Shown here piece after piece: positions 30,248 through 40,590 of a stretch of 64,000 bases of DNA. The translations under genes were made by a program, and so were the position numbers. The notes below the pieces were generated by a model that saw nothing but the letters and a program-made list of their open reading frames with translations, was not told the origin of the DNA and did no database searches. Origin of the DNA: Gammaproteobacteria bacterium (GTDB lineage Bacteria; Pseudomonadota; Gammaproteobacteria; CAJXQU01); contig CBDEGZ010000003.1 of the NCBI GenBank assembly GCA_965238175.1, positions 1,728,001 to 1,792,000 of the forward strand, in the 5' to 3' direction. Position 1 is the stretch's first letter. Each line of letters begins with the position of its first letter.

Positions 30248-32323
30248 ATGAATATTCTACTAGATGAAAAAATCGCTAACGTGATAATTAATAAAATTAA
30301 TTCAGAGTACGTTGATTATAATTTCAACACTGAAAGAACAATAATAACAAAACAAGAACTGAGCTTTTATCCAAATCATGACTTGATAAATATAACCGAC
30401 TATTCTTGTGTACCTTACAATAGAAAACTTGCATTTTATAATTCAGAAGAAATTTGTTTTTTCAACCTTAGTGCAAGAGAGGTATATTCATTAAATAATA
30501 ATTTTAACTTGAAAGTCACAAGAGAAAATGGGGCTGAGTACATTAAATTTGTGCTTAACAATAATAATGTTGCATATAATGATGGTGGAAGAATTTTTGT
30601 TGTTGAGAATATAAACGAATTGAATTTTTTTGAAGACGAAAGCTGTGTTTTAGATTCACTAAAATCTAATTCGGACACTCCGATGTACCTTTTTTGGGAA
30701 AAGGGGGGTAGTTATTTTTATAGGGGAGTTGTATGCAATAATAAAAATCTAATTTTTATTGAAATTATGATTAAAGAAAATGGTGAACTTGAAATACGGA
30801 ATAGTTGTTTTCTTTTTGAAAATATGAAAGTTCCAAGTGATTATCTTTATGTTATTGATAATAGTTTTCCACACTTGAGCCAAGCAAATCACGTATTAGA
30901 AATATCTAACAGGTGGCTTGATGAGATTGGTCATTATCATACCATGCAAGCATATTTTGAATTAGGCAAATTTGTGATGGCGATATTCTTTATTGAAAGT
31001 ATTTATTCTATATATTATGAAAAGATAAATAGCAGTCTCTCACCTCATTTTGAGATTTTAGTTGCTTATATATTCAAATTACAGGGCAACAATCTAAATG
31101 CAACAGACTTTATTGCAAATGCGATTAAAAAAAATGAAGAGAGTAGTCTCATAGATAGTAGTATTCTTAATGTCTTACTAGAGAATATTAAGGGAGAGTT
31201 GCCTTCTGCACATGAGTATTTTTTGAAACAACACTACGGTGGTAACAGGGATTTACATGATTTAACTGTTAAGAAACTTATGGATGAATTTCCAACAAAA
31301 TCAGATATTTTTACAAATGGTATGGTAGCACCTTGTCACGATCAATTATTTCAAGGTTTATTGCATCGAAATAAGAAACAAGTTTATAGTAATTCTATAA
31401 ACTTAGATATAGTTTGGATCAATATATTAGAGCGAAATAAACAATCTTTAGCTAACAAATTCGAATTGAGTAATCTTTTTATAGGCTGCACACTCGATAT
31501 AAGCGAGGAGCCAGCCATCTCATTTTTTCATACAGGAGAATTTTTAGGTCATTTAATCGAAATAGAAATAAGACTAATGCAAGTTGTACGAGATGTGTCA
31601 GTTTTATATCTCTGTTTTGCAACAGAAGATATATATCAGAACTATCGAGAAAATGATCTCGATAATGAGAAAGTTATAAAATTCACAAACCATATAAGAT
31701 CGTTGATACTGGGGCTGTTTGTTCATAATGACAGGAAGTCTACCTATGTTAGTCCTATTGTAGATTTAGGCCAATTGGAGGATGAGTATGTTCTGCTCGG
31801 TGAACGTTTAGTAACACGTGCATTCGAATTTATTATTTGCCATGAGGTTGGTCATCATCTTTTCGGGCATACAGAAGCTCTTGCACATAAAATACCTCAT
31901 AATGATTTCATTGATGAAATCAAGGATAAATACTCAAAATTTGATGCTGAAGAGGTTGAAGCAGATCTGATTGCCATGGATTTATTCCTATTAGATCTTA
32001 ATGAAGATGAAGATCTGGAGACTGTTGAAGCTACATTTCTTTTTGATTTATTACCAATTTATATTGCTTTTTTTTCATTTAATTTTCTTTATTTAAAAAA
32101 ATTTGATATAAATCAAATAAGTTATGTCGATGAATTGAAAAGAATAGCAACAGTAAAAAAAGTAATTATAAAAAGGTATGAAGAAAAATATAACTTAGAC
32201 ACTTCTACTATGAATGATGTAATCATTGATTGTGAATTATTGGGCCAAATTTTTTTCGAATTATTAGAGAAAGATCCATACTTGCAAACATTTTTCAAAA
32301 ACTACAACACACCCCAAAGATAG
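30248..32323 (+). CDS. AT-rich protein with a C-terminal HEXXH metallopeptidase domain
   Basis: FIICHEVGHHLFGH...EEVEADLIA. Confidence 0.65.
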   Translation: MNILLDEKIANVIINKINSEYVDYNFNTERTIITKQELSFYPNHDLINITDYSCVPYNRKLAFYNSEEICFFNLSAREVYSLNNNFNLKVTRENGAEYIKFVLNNNNVAYNDGGRIFVVENINELNFFEDESCVLDSLKSNSDTPMYLFWEKGGSYFYRGVVCNNKNLIFIEIMIKENGELEIRNSCFLFENMKVPSDYLYVIDNSFPHLSQANHVLEISNRWLDEIGHYHTMQAYFELGKFVMAIFFIESIYSIYYEKINSSLSPHFEILVAYIFKLQGNNLNATDFIANAIKKNEESSLIDSSILNVLLENIKGELPSAHEYFLKQHYGGNRDLHDLTVKKLMDEFPTKSDIFTNGMVAPCHDQLFQGLLHRNKKQVYSNSINLDIVWINILERNKQSLANKFELSNLFIGCTLDISEEPAISFFHTGEFLGHLIEIEIRLMQVVRDVSVLYLCFATEDIYQNYRENDLDNEKVIKFTNHIRSLILGLFVHNDRKSTYVSPIVDLGQLEDEYVLLGERLVTRAFEFIICHEVGHHLFGHTEALAHKIPHNDFIDEIKDKYSKFDAEEVEADLIAMDLFLLDLNEDEDLETVEATFLFDLLPIYIAFFSFNFLYLKKFDINQISYVDELKRIATVKKVIIKRYEEKYNLDTSTMNDVIIDCELLGQIFFELLEKDPYLQTFFKNYNTPQR

Positions 32324-32371
32324 TTGCGTATTTCCAAACAAAGTTAAATACACATTCGTCCATAAAAAATA

Positions 32372-33079
32372 TTAGTACATATTATGAATAGAGTATAATT
32401 CTATCTTTTCGCCTTCGGTTTCAGCTTGTTCTAGAGTGTATTGCTTGATTTTTTCAGCCAAGTCTAAATCCTTGATATATTTATATGCGTAATCAGTAGG
32501 GTAATAAGAACGATTATTTTTAAGAAGATAATTGATTTTTTCAGTTTCTACTAACATTCTTGCGAAACGAAAGGCATTCATTTGTGCAGCTACGTGCAAA
32601 GCTGTATTCATTGTTTTTGGGTGCTGAAAGTTTACGCTATAACCAGCATCTATCATTATTTTCCCGTCACTTACCAAGTCATGCTCTGCCGAGAGAATAA
32701 ACTCATTTCCTAAGATAAATAGTTTTCGTTCGCGCATAATATCTGGGTGATAGTCTTCAGACATTTCAGCGTATTTTTCTTGTGACTTTTGATTAATGAA
32801 TTTATTAAACAATGTTGTGATCATCAAGTCAGTCTGTTTATGTGAGAGTTCATCTTCCATGACAAATTCTTTCTGTGTATATTCATTAGACCGATAAACT
32901 AAAAGTAATTGATTGTGTAAATGATCAATATTTTTCTCAGAGTTACTTCTAACTGTCCCACGAAAAGCCCTACCTTTTGGCTTGTCTGGTTTTTTGTTGT
33001 ATTTGATTTGCTCTAAAATTGGTTTTATACGACCATCTAAGACTGCATCTACATGTGCTAACCAGTCTTTATTACTCAT
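32372..33079 (-). CDS. Protein with C-terminal ankyrin-like repeats
   Basis: VNFQHP.T.NTALHVAA...LV; N....YPTDYA. Confidence 0.65.
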   Translation of the reverse strand: MSNKDWLAHVDAVLDGRIKPILEQIKYNKKPDKPKGRAFRGTVRSNSEKNIDHLHNQLLLVYRSNEYTQKEFVMEDELSHKQTDLMITTLFNKFINQKSQEKYAEMSEDYHPDIMRERKLFILGNEFILSAEHDLVSDGKIMIDAGYSVNFQHPKTMNTALHVAAQMNAFRFARMLVETEKINYLLKNNRSYYPTDYAYKYIKDLDLAEKIKQYTLEQAETEGEKIELYSIHNMY

Positions 33080-33127
33080 TCCTGAAAATACTCATAGATG
33101 ATATTTAATGTTATGGCAAGAAGAAAA

Positions 33128-34003
33128 TTATACATCATCAAATATTAAGAGGTTATGCTGATTATTGCTCAACCACTCATCTAAAATAAGTCTACTATCG
33201 ACCAAAGAATTTTGGTTTATGCCAACTGCGATTTGTTGATCAAGAAAACACATGAATTTAACCTTTCCTTTTTTTGAAAATGCTTCTTCATTAAATCCAA
33301 CGGGAAGTAACAAATGGTTATGTCCTTTTACTTCATCTTGAAACATAATATATAGATTATCTTCTGGTGCTATAATCAACCAACCAAACCAGACAATCTT
33401 TGTGGGTTCTGAATCTGATTCTAAGATAGTTGAATTTCCAAAAATTTTAGCTCCCAGTACATTTTCATACCCATCGACTTTTTCTGTCTTCATTTTAAGA
33501 TTGTAAGATATCATTCGTGTGCCGTCAGAAGAATAATTTTTTATGGTTTTACATTCATATTCATCCTTGAACTTATCGAGTGTTACGTTTGATTTTTCAT
33601 CAGTCTTCGCATGAAAAAAATTTGCAAGAATAACGGCTTCTTTTGATATTGTTGGAATGACATTATGTAGCTTTTCAAACGTAAGCTTAGTAAATTCATT
33701 TGAAGGGTCAGTCAAATACAAATCAAGCAATAAATGTTGGGGGTCACTTAAAGGAACCAACTTTTTTGCAAACCGCTCTAAATTCGCCTTATCAATTCCA
33801 AAATCAATTTCTTTTATCTCTTTAAATTCAGGTGGAAGATTAGCTCTATTATTTTCTAATAAATATTCTGAATCACCTGCAATTATTTGTTGCAGTGTCG
33901 ACCATCCCGCGGCCTTTTGTGTTTTAGGATTTATTACTTGCCCATAAATATTTCTCAAAATATCTTCCTGCATAAGTTCGATTTGTTCTGGTGTGTATAG
34001 CAT
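33128..34003 (-). CDS. Hypothetical protein
   Basis: 291-aa ORF. Confidence 0.7.
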   Translation of the reverse strand: MLYTPEQIELMQEDILRNIYGQVINPKTQKAAGWSTLQQIIAGDSEYLLENNRANLPPEFKEIKEIDFGIDKANLERFAKKLVPLSDPQHLLLDLYLTDPSNEFTKLTFEKLHNVIPTISKEAVILANFFHAKTDEKSNVTLDKFKDEYECKTIKNYSSDGTRMISYNLKMKTEKVDGYENVLGAKIFGNSTILESDSEPTKIVWFGWLIIAPEDNLYIMFQDEVKGHNHLLLPVGFNEEAFSKKGKVKFMCFLDQQIAVGINQNSLVDSRLILDEWLSNNQHNLLIFDDV

Positions 34004-34108
34004 TTGAATAGACTATATATGGGCTATTTTCTTGTCTATGCGGTAAGTATGCGGGGCACGTTTGATTAGGACTGGTTTAATCATATCTCTAGTACATTCA
34101 AATATAAT

Positions 34109-34831
34109 TTGAGGTTTGAGATCATGAGAGAGAACATCATTAATAGTAAGGTTGAAAATGTAAGTATAAGCTATTCCACGCCCATTTTCGCCAAGTTCCG
34201 TATCTTTTTATTATGGTTGTTTGTCATTGGTACAGTGGTTGGAGGCTTTTACCTTAGCAATGAACATGGCTCGTTCATTAAAGGTTGGGTATACAGTATG
34301 ACCGGCGAGTATATTGGAACCGGAAGTGTGTTGTTCTTTTTTGTATCCATTGCAATGATAGTCTGGTTCATTTTTCTCTCAAAAATATTCTTTTTTGCAG
34401 ACGATCATTTTCAATTTAGACGCACTAAAACGATTTCTTTAAATACTGATGAGATTAGCTTTACTCAATGGGGAGTCACCAAAAAATTTGATCACAAATT
34501 ACCTGCTCGTTTTGTACTTCGTCCACATGATAAGGGAGTAAAAGAAGCTGAGCGACATAGCTATTTGGTCAACAAGGCAAGCAAAAAAGGCAAAGCCCTC
34601 GCTCCACGAAAATTCTACCAAAAGAGTTTCACTCTATCTCTCGAACATATGGGTGAGCGCCACGATATTGCCAGTATTTTTGGCAAGCTTCAAGCCGAGA
34701 AGACGGTTGCATTATTGGATGCCAAGTTAACCAGTATAAAAGCGGCGGCTCGAACAGGTCGAGGTGTGGCAGAGTATGCTGAAGATGAATGGAGTCGCGA
34801 GGCGGGTTCATTATTTCGTGACCAAGAATAA
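34109..34831 (+). CDS. Hypothetical membrane protein
   Basis: Two TM segments; likely start ATG 34124. Confidence 0.65.
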   Translation: MRFEIMRENIINSKVENVSISYSTPIFAKFRIFLLWLFVIGTVVGGFYLSNEHGSFIKGWVYSMTGEYIGTGSVLFFFVSIAMIVWFIFLSKIFFFADDHFQFRRTKTISLNTDEISFTQWGVTKKFDHKLPARFVLRPHDKGVKEAERHSYLVNKASKKGKALAPRKFYQKSFTLSLEHMGERHDIASIFGKLQAEKTVALLDAKLTSIKAAARTGRGVAEYAEDEWSREAGSLFRDQE

Positions 34832-34858
34832 TTATCAAACAAGCAAAGGAGAAAAGTC

Positions 34859-35290
34859 ATGTCTGATGAAAAACAATCGGATCAAACGAATTTTCAAGAC
34901 ACCGTAACCAATGAAATTGAACTTCAGCAATCCCGTGATGAATATCACGACTGGCTGGATGAGGATTGGAAACGACAGCGAGACAACCTTGCCCCCGAAC
35001 AAGCTCCACAACTAACACCTTCATTTGCAATTGGAGATCCTAGAGAAGTGCAGCGTCAATATAACGAGCGTAAGCGTGATTACTATCAAAAACAGAAACA
35101 AATTGATGATGCTTTTGATGATCTGACAATGGATGTACGAGAAAACGGCACAACATTGAGTGATGAGTTTGAAAGTGAATCGAACGAAGTGGAAAAAAGA
35201 TCAGAAAGTAGGGCGCAAGAGGATCGTTACGTCACACGAGAATTTAACGATAAGCATTCACAAGAGAATGATTATTCACGTTCTCGTTAA
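34859..35290 (+). CDS. Acidic hypothetical protein (..YSRSR tail)
   Basis: AAGGAG RBS. Confidence 0.7.
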   Translation: MSDEKQSDQTNFQDTVTNEIELQQSRDEYHDWLDEDWKRQRDNLAPEQAPQLTPSFAIGDPREVQRQYNERKRDYYQKQKQIDDAFDDLTMDVRENGTTLSDEFESESNEVEKRSESRAQEDRYVTREFNDKHSQENDYSRSR

Positions 35291-35390
35291 GTGTTGAATG
35301 TGGATCTACACATGAGGAGCCCATGAGGAAAGCGAAAAATTATTGTGAGTATATTTAGGGTGCGTATTCAAAAATCATGGAGATATAAAA

Positions 35391-36617
35391 ATGAGATTTA
35401 AAAAAATATTTAACGGGGAATATATTCCAACCAAGGTAGCCGCCTTAGGTAGCTCATTCATGTCCGGCATGGGCGTCTATGTTTCTAATCCCGGTATTGA
35501 TGGGATCACACAAGGGGCTTGTATCGCCTTAGCGTTTTTCTTTTTACTCTCAGCCGGATGGAGTACGGCATTTGACATTGTGAAAAGTAATTGTAAGACG
35601 ACGACTAAAAGATATATTTTAATAGTCAGCTTATTAATGGGGCCCGCGATAGGCGCGATTTCTTCACAAACAAATATGATCTTTATGGCAGGCTCTTCGG
35701 CACATGAACTTGTCAGAGATGAATATGTTGGTGAAACAGAAGAAACCACAAAAGTAATTTATGCCAATGCACAAGAGATTTATTCCATGTTACCTTCGGT
35801 CGATGCACTGTGTCATCAGTTTACTCAGGATGCGAAATTAGAATTCGAGACAGGGCAGTTTTCCTCTGCACCAGGCACAGGTGCTGTTCACACATCACTT
35901 TCAGATACGGCAACAGCACTATGCACTGCTGCTGAGGCATTACGTACGGATATGGTCTTGTTTACACCTAAACAGCAAGAGATTAACACCCTGGTTGATC
36001 AAATGAGATCCGTTCTGCGATCTAAGAATACGGGTGAGTTTAAACAGGCCAAAGTTTCTGATTTAAGTTTGAACCTAACGAGCTTATTAGCCGAGTTGGA
36101 TAAACGAAATTTTGCATCGAGTTTGCTGGATATCATTTCGAGTTCAGAAGCCTCCGGCATGCATGTGAACCAACTCTCTTCTTCCTCAAAAATAAAAGCG
36201 AATCAGGTGGCCGCCTTAGGTCAGTTGAAAGCCTACATTCGAAGTCACTCAAATGCTCTTACAACGAGATTAAGTACGTTCAGAGGCAAAGAGGTAACGA
36301 TACCAGGTGCATTAGAAAAGATGACAATGAATGCCGCAGTACTGAAAATGTGGCGGAATTTTTTGGCCGTTATATGCATCTCAATCGCGATTGATTTCTT
36401 TCCTTATTTTTTATTGCTGATGTATTACTTCGGCACCGAAGGTAATTCAAGAAAGCATGCTTATGAAGAAGAGATGCGAGATATGACGGCAGTAGAACTG
36501 GAGATGGCAAAAATCGTGTTGAAAAAATTAGCTGAACGGAATAGTCAAGATGAAGTTGAACTTATCTCGAATGATAAAGATGACAATGACGATCCTGATG
36601 GTGGAGGTGACAAATGA
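35391..36617 (+). CDS. Membrane protein (TMs, coiled coil, C-terminal TM)
   Basis: Same architecture and size as 8577..9776. Confidence 0.75.
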   Translation: MRFKKIFNGEYIPTKVAALGSSFMSGMGVYVSNPGIDGITQGACIALAFFFLLSAGWSTAFDIVKSNCKTTTKRYILIVSLLMGPAIGAISSQTNMIFMAGSSAHELVRDEYVGETEETTKVIYANAQEIYSMLPSVDALCHQFTQDAKLEFETGQFSSAPGTGAVHTSLSDTATALCTAAEALRTDMVLFTPKQQEINTLVDQMRSVLRSKNTGEFKQAKVSDLSLNLTSLLAELDKRNFASSLLDIISSSEASGMHVNQLSSSSKIKANQVAALGQLKAYIRSHSNALTTRLSTFRGKEVTIPGALEKMTMNAAVLKMWRNFLAVICISIAIDFFPYFLLLMYYFGTEGNSRKHAYEEEMRDMTAVELEMAKIVLKKLAERNSQDEVELISNDKDDNDDPDGGGDK

Positions 36618-36856
36618 ACTGGGAAACGGTATCCATGGTGTTACGTTTTATTTATTCCAAACGCGAAAGCATCAGAACCTATCTGCTGATTATTTTTTTT
36701 ATTGCACTTGCAGCGATCAATATAAAGGTTAAACAAAAAGAATATGAGAGTGCAGAAGATAGAAATGCAGTGAGTAGAAGAGTACCTATTGAGATACAAG
36801 AAAAATGTAGGTATATCGATAAAACGTTTCAGATCTGTGATGTTAAAGAAATTTAG
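36614..36856 (+). CDS. Small membrane protein
   Basis: ATGA coupling, GGAGG RBS, one TM segment. Confidence 0.55.
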   Translation: MNWETVSMVLRFIYSKRESIRTYLLIIFFIALAAINIKVKQKEYESAEDRNAVSRRVPIEIQEKCRYIDKTFQICDVKEI

Positions 36857-37499
36857 GAGAATGGTAATGAAAAATTATTTCATTGGTTTTTTTACAATAG
36901 TTTTATGCTTGTTTTTTATTTTTAATAGTACGAAGGTTGATGCGAGAGAAGACCATCTCAACGTTGACGATGTAAATATTATTTGTTCGTTTAAGAGTTA
37001 TAAATTTAATGGCGTCATAAAATTAGTCGAACCAAAACCTGAAGCGCTAAGAGCGGTTGAATTGTTGACGGACATTGCAGGCATTGAAAACGATATTGAG
37101 GTTTTCGGTGCAGAAATAGATCCTAGTGCAACGTTTATTGCTTTTGCGACCTTAAGAGAGGGCAAGAAAATAATTGTTTACGATGCAGCTAAGATGTTCG
37201 TTTATGGGCAGAACACAATTACTTTTCAATCTTTGTCTATCATGGCACATGAGGTAGGTCACCATTTAGGATCTCATACAATTAGGAAAATGAGGCCGCG
37301 CCATGAACAGGAATTAGAAGCCGACAAAGTTTCCGGTGCCCAACTCAGAATTTTAAATGCAACGAAGAAGCAAGCGTTGTCATACCACAGTCTTGTCTCT
37401 GTTGAAGCGACAGAAAATCACCCCGGAAAAGAAAAGCGTATGAATGCTATTTTGGAAGGTTGGAAGAATGCGGATTTAGTGATGAGAAATAATCATTAG
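36789..37499 (+). CDS. Secreted M48-like HEXXH metallopeptidase (start near 36861-36867)
   Basis: Signal peptide, AHEVGHH, ELEAD..SG, HP...R...I..GW. Confidence 0.75.
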   Translation: MRYKKNVGISIKRFRSVMLKKFRRMVMKNYFIGFFTIVLCLFFIFNSTKVDAREDHLNVDDVNIICSFKSYKFNGVIKLVEPKPEALRAVELLTDIAGIENDIEVFGAEIDPSATFIAFATLREGKKIIVYDAAKMFVYGQNTITFQSLSIMAHEVGHHLGSHTIRKMRPRHEQELEADKVSGAQLRILNATKKQALSYHSLVSVEATENHPGKEKRMNAILEGWKNADLVMRNNH

Positions 37500-37536
37500 T
37501 GTTCATGAAAGTAGAGCATAACAATATATATCTATA

Positions 37537-37565
37537 TTGACATGACTATATAGTCATGATAAAGT
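37537..37565 (+). promoter_or_regulatory. Sigma70 promoter with an overlapping perfect palindromic operator
   Basis: TTGACA-N17-TAAAGT; CATGACTATATAGTCATG at 37541-37558. Confidence 0.75.
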
Positions 37566-37585
37566 TAGTAGTAGAAGGATAGATA

Positions 37586-38017
37586 ATGGCAATTCCCGCG
37601 TTAAATGAAAAGGGTGAATTAGAGGCCGGTGAGCATGAAGCGACACTGGATGAAGTAGAAGCCGTTTATGGTTCTTCTTCACCTCGCAGGCAATACCTAA
37701 TGCAGGGATTGCGTGATGCAGCTTATAGCTTGAGTGAAGCTGGTGTTAAAAGCATCTGGATTGATGGCAGTTTTATCACGGATAAGCGTGAGCCGAATGA
37801 TATAGACGGGTGCTGGGAATACACTAACTCGGTCAATATCAGCAAGCTTGACCCGGTATTTTTAGGTTCAAGAGAAGATGCGAAAAAAAAATATGGTTTG
37901 GATTTTTTTATTTCCAATATTGTCGAAGCAGGAAGTGGCTTACCTTTTCCGAAGTTTTTTCAGGTAAACCGTGAAGGTGATGCCAAGGGCATTATTGTTG
38001 TGAAGTTAGGAGACTGA
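37586..38017 (+). CDS. Minimal nucleotidyltransferase-fold protein (DUF6932-like), putative toxin
   Basis: IP.LN..G.L..G.H, WIDGSFITDK.EPNDID, KGII. Confidence 0.75.
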   Translation: MAIPALNEKGELEAGEHEATLDEVEAVYGSSSPRRQYLMQGLRDAAYSLSEAGVKSIWIDGSFITDKREPNDIDGCWEYTNSVNISKLDPVFLGSREDAKKKYGLDFFISNIVEAGSGLPFPKFFQVNREGDAKGIIVVKLGD

Positions 38018-38019
38018 TA

Positions 38020-38433
38020 ATGATTACAAGCGATAAACAGTACGCGGCTTCTAAAAAGCAATTGGCAGTGCTTCAAGAATCATTAGCGACTGACATGAAA
38101 AAAGATATCCCTAAGCTTATTAAAGAAGCAGGTAAGGCCCAATTGCAAGAATTGATCGATGAGGTTCAATCTGAAATTGCGGAATACGAAACCTTAAAGA
38201 GCTGCGACTTGGAGGATTTAAAAATTCATTCCATTCAGGATTTAATGGTGATACCTATTCGCTACCGAATTGTATCGCATATGAGTGTTGATGCGTTTAG
38301 CCGTAAGGTGGGTATTAGCGCCCGGCAGATACACCGGTACGAGTCTGAAAATTACAATAATGCCAACACAAGCACTTTGAAGAAGATATTGGATAAGTTG
38401 GATGTGAGTCTTGATGGTCATGTCACTTCGTAA
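38020..38433 (+). CDS. XRE-family HTH protein (HigA-like), putative antitoxin
   Basis: MIT...QY, I.EYE.L, RI...MS...FS.KVGIS.RQI.RYE...Y. Confidence 0.8.
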   Translation: MITSDKQYAASKKQLAVLQESLATDMKKDIPKLIKEAGKAQLQELIDEVQSEIAEYETLKSCDLEDLKIHSIQDLMVIPIRYRIVSHMSVDAFSRKVGISARQIHRYESENYNNANTSTLKKILDKLDVSLDGHVTS

Positions 38434-38811
38434 GCAAAAAGCTTGGAAAACGAATAGCTACGAAGAAAGGCCAGTATTTCTGCTTGTTTTAGAGTGGGCA
38501 ATAAAATGGAAACATTCAAGAATGAGCTAATATTTTTGAAGCAAAATTAAAAAAGCCCAACCATCCAATGGTCGAGCTCAAGATTATTACTTACATGGAG
38601 GCTTCGTTGTTAAGAGCCATGCTTTAACCCTCAAAACTAACCAGCCCAAATAATATAAACAACTATCTTCATAATCAATTACTACGCTGCAAACTATTGT
38701 TATTTGATTGAGGGTAGTAATACCCAAGTTTAGTTAATCATTGTTTCGCCATATTGGGGGGGGTGTACTATCATGTAGAATCTATAGGGGAATTTGGGGA
38801 CTCTTCAACAC

Positions 38812-40098
38812 ATGAAAAACATCGGTTTCAAATCACAGTCTGGCTTTTCACTTATAGAGCTCACTATTGTATTACTCATAGTTTCTTTGTTGGGGCTAGG
38901 CGCACTGAAAAGCATTGGAACGATAAGAGAAAAGATCAGCTTTTCAGAAACAAATAACAGTTTAGATAAAATCACAGCATCACTTCAATTATTTCTCATA
39001 AACAATAACCGATTACCTTGTCCTGCTGATCCCACTTTAGATTCCTCCGATGCTAATTATGGTCTTGAGATGGCGGCGGCAACTGCGACTACCAATGTCT
39101 GTGATGCGTCACGAACAATTGGAATTGGATTTGTTGGTGTATTACCTTTCAATTCATTAAATCTTGATCCGTCCATTAGGTACGATGGTTGGAATCAACA
39201 ATATACTTATGCTGTAGCTGCAAATACTACAACCTTTGAATCATATACTCAGGATAGTTGGACACCCGGCGGCAATATTATTCAAGTTTTGAACGATTCT
39301 GCCACTGCGGTACCTATAACAAATGAAGCTATTTTCGTCTTGGTATCGCATGGGCCAAACGGTAATGGTTCAATCCGTATTAATGGAAATGTCAGTGCGG
39401 CTTCACCTGCCGGGGCTACTGATGAACTTGAAAACCTTAGAGATGATCTTGTTTTCGTTGATGCTATTCGTACTGACGATGAAGTTGCGCCATATGATGA
39501 TGTGATGGTTTTTAAAACTGAAGAGCAGTTAGTCTTTCCGTTAGAACAATTAGGTTCTTTGGAGTCAAAAAGAAAAATTGTGAATGAACAATTAGATGCT
39601 ATTGAACATAGCTTGTTTGATGCGATTGCCTCCAACAATACCGATCCAGATGGCGTCCCAAGTGATCCAGCTACTCCTGCCCCTTTATATTGTAGTTGTG
39701 TTGCTGGTTATATTTATCCATCGGGGCCAAATATTGGGTTAGAAATACCAGTGTGCTCATCAGGATGTAATAGAACGATTAGACATGCGATTGAGCCGCC
39801 TTCGGGAGGAGCAATACCCGTTCCCTTTGTGGCATTAAATTTAACCCAAGCCGATGTTACCGATCCTTGGGGTACACCTATTGATTATATTATTGGTGCA
39901 GGTGGACTATTAGAAGATTTTGCTGGCACCGCAGGAACTGAAGGCATCTATTCAAACTCGGCAGCCGCGACGCTTTATACTTTAACTTCGGCAGGGCCAG
40001 ATACGAATTTAGCAACGATAGCTGATAACATCACGAGAACAGTTACGCCAGGTGAAATGGTTGGAAGACTTGCTGCTGCTGGAATTAAAGTGGACTAA
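38812..40098 (+). CDS. Prepilin-type N-methylation domain protein (pseudopilin/minor pilin-like)
   Basis: QSG|FSLIELTIVLLIV class III signal, RLPCPAD, DGWN..YTY, VSHGPNG, DPWG. Confidence 0.85.
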   Translation: MKNIGFKSQSGFSLIELTIVLLIVSLLGLGALKSIGTIREKISFSETNNSLDKITASLQLFLINNNRLPCPADPTLDSSDANYGLEMAAATATTNVCDASRTIGIGFVGVLPFNSLNLDPSIRYDGWNQQYTYAVAANTTTFESYTQDSWTPGGNIIQVLNDSATAVPITNEAIFVLVSHGPNGNGSIRINGNVSAASPAGATDELENLRDDLVFVDAIRTDDEVAPYDDVMVFKTEEQLVFPLEQLGSLESKRKIVNEQLDAIEHSLFDAIASNNTDPDGVPSDPATPAPLYCSCVAGYIYPSGPNIGLEIPVCSSGCNRTIRHAIEPPSGGAIPVPFVALNLTQADVTDPWGTPIDYIIGAGGLLEDFAGTAGTEGIYSNSAAATLYTLTSAGPDTNLATIADNITRTVTPGEMVGRLAAAGIKVD

Positions 40099-40107
40099 AC
40101 GAATCTC

Positions 40108-40305
40108 ATGAAAACATCTGAAGCACTATCACGGTTTCTACTATATACATTCGCAGCCTTCATCGTTCTGTTGATGCCAATAATTTTTATGGGTGAAGCT
40201 TCATCGGTGGATGAAATGTATGGACTAATGTTAAGAAGTTTATTGTTCTCTGTTGCTATTGGAGTATTGGGAACGCTACTTGTTCAGATAAGATCTAAAC
40301 AATAG
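40108..40305 (+). CDS. Small two-TM protein
   Basis: 65 aa, hydrophobic. Confidence 0.5.
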   Translation: MKTSEALSRFLLYTFAAFIVLLMPIIFMGEASSVDEMYGLMLRSLLFSVAIGVLGTLLVQIRSKQ

Positions 40306-40368
40306 ATTCGTGACACTTATATAAACGTAAAACCACACAAGTTTAGCTAAAAAAGAGAGTCGAAAATC

Positions 40369-40590
40369 TTACCAAAACTGTTCAATATGCTCACGCACGG
40401 CCTGATCAAAACAACTAAGATTGTCGTCTTCAACCAATTGCTCGATATACCGATCACAAACGGCCAATTTGATCATCATCAGACCGTAATTGGATAGTTG
40501 TTTCCGATAGTACGCTTCCTTTTCTTTTTGGTTCATTATTAATAGTTTATTGTCCGGCACATCAACTCCTTCTTTTTGCAGTTTAAACAA
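40369..40590 (-). CDS. Hypothetical protein
   Basis: Short ORF following the recombinase; GGAG RBS before GTG. Confidence 0.45.
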   Translation of the reverse strand: MFKLQKEGVDVPDNKLLIMNQKEKEAYYRKQLSNYGLMMIKLAVCDRYIEQLVEDDNLSCFDQAVREHIEQFW

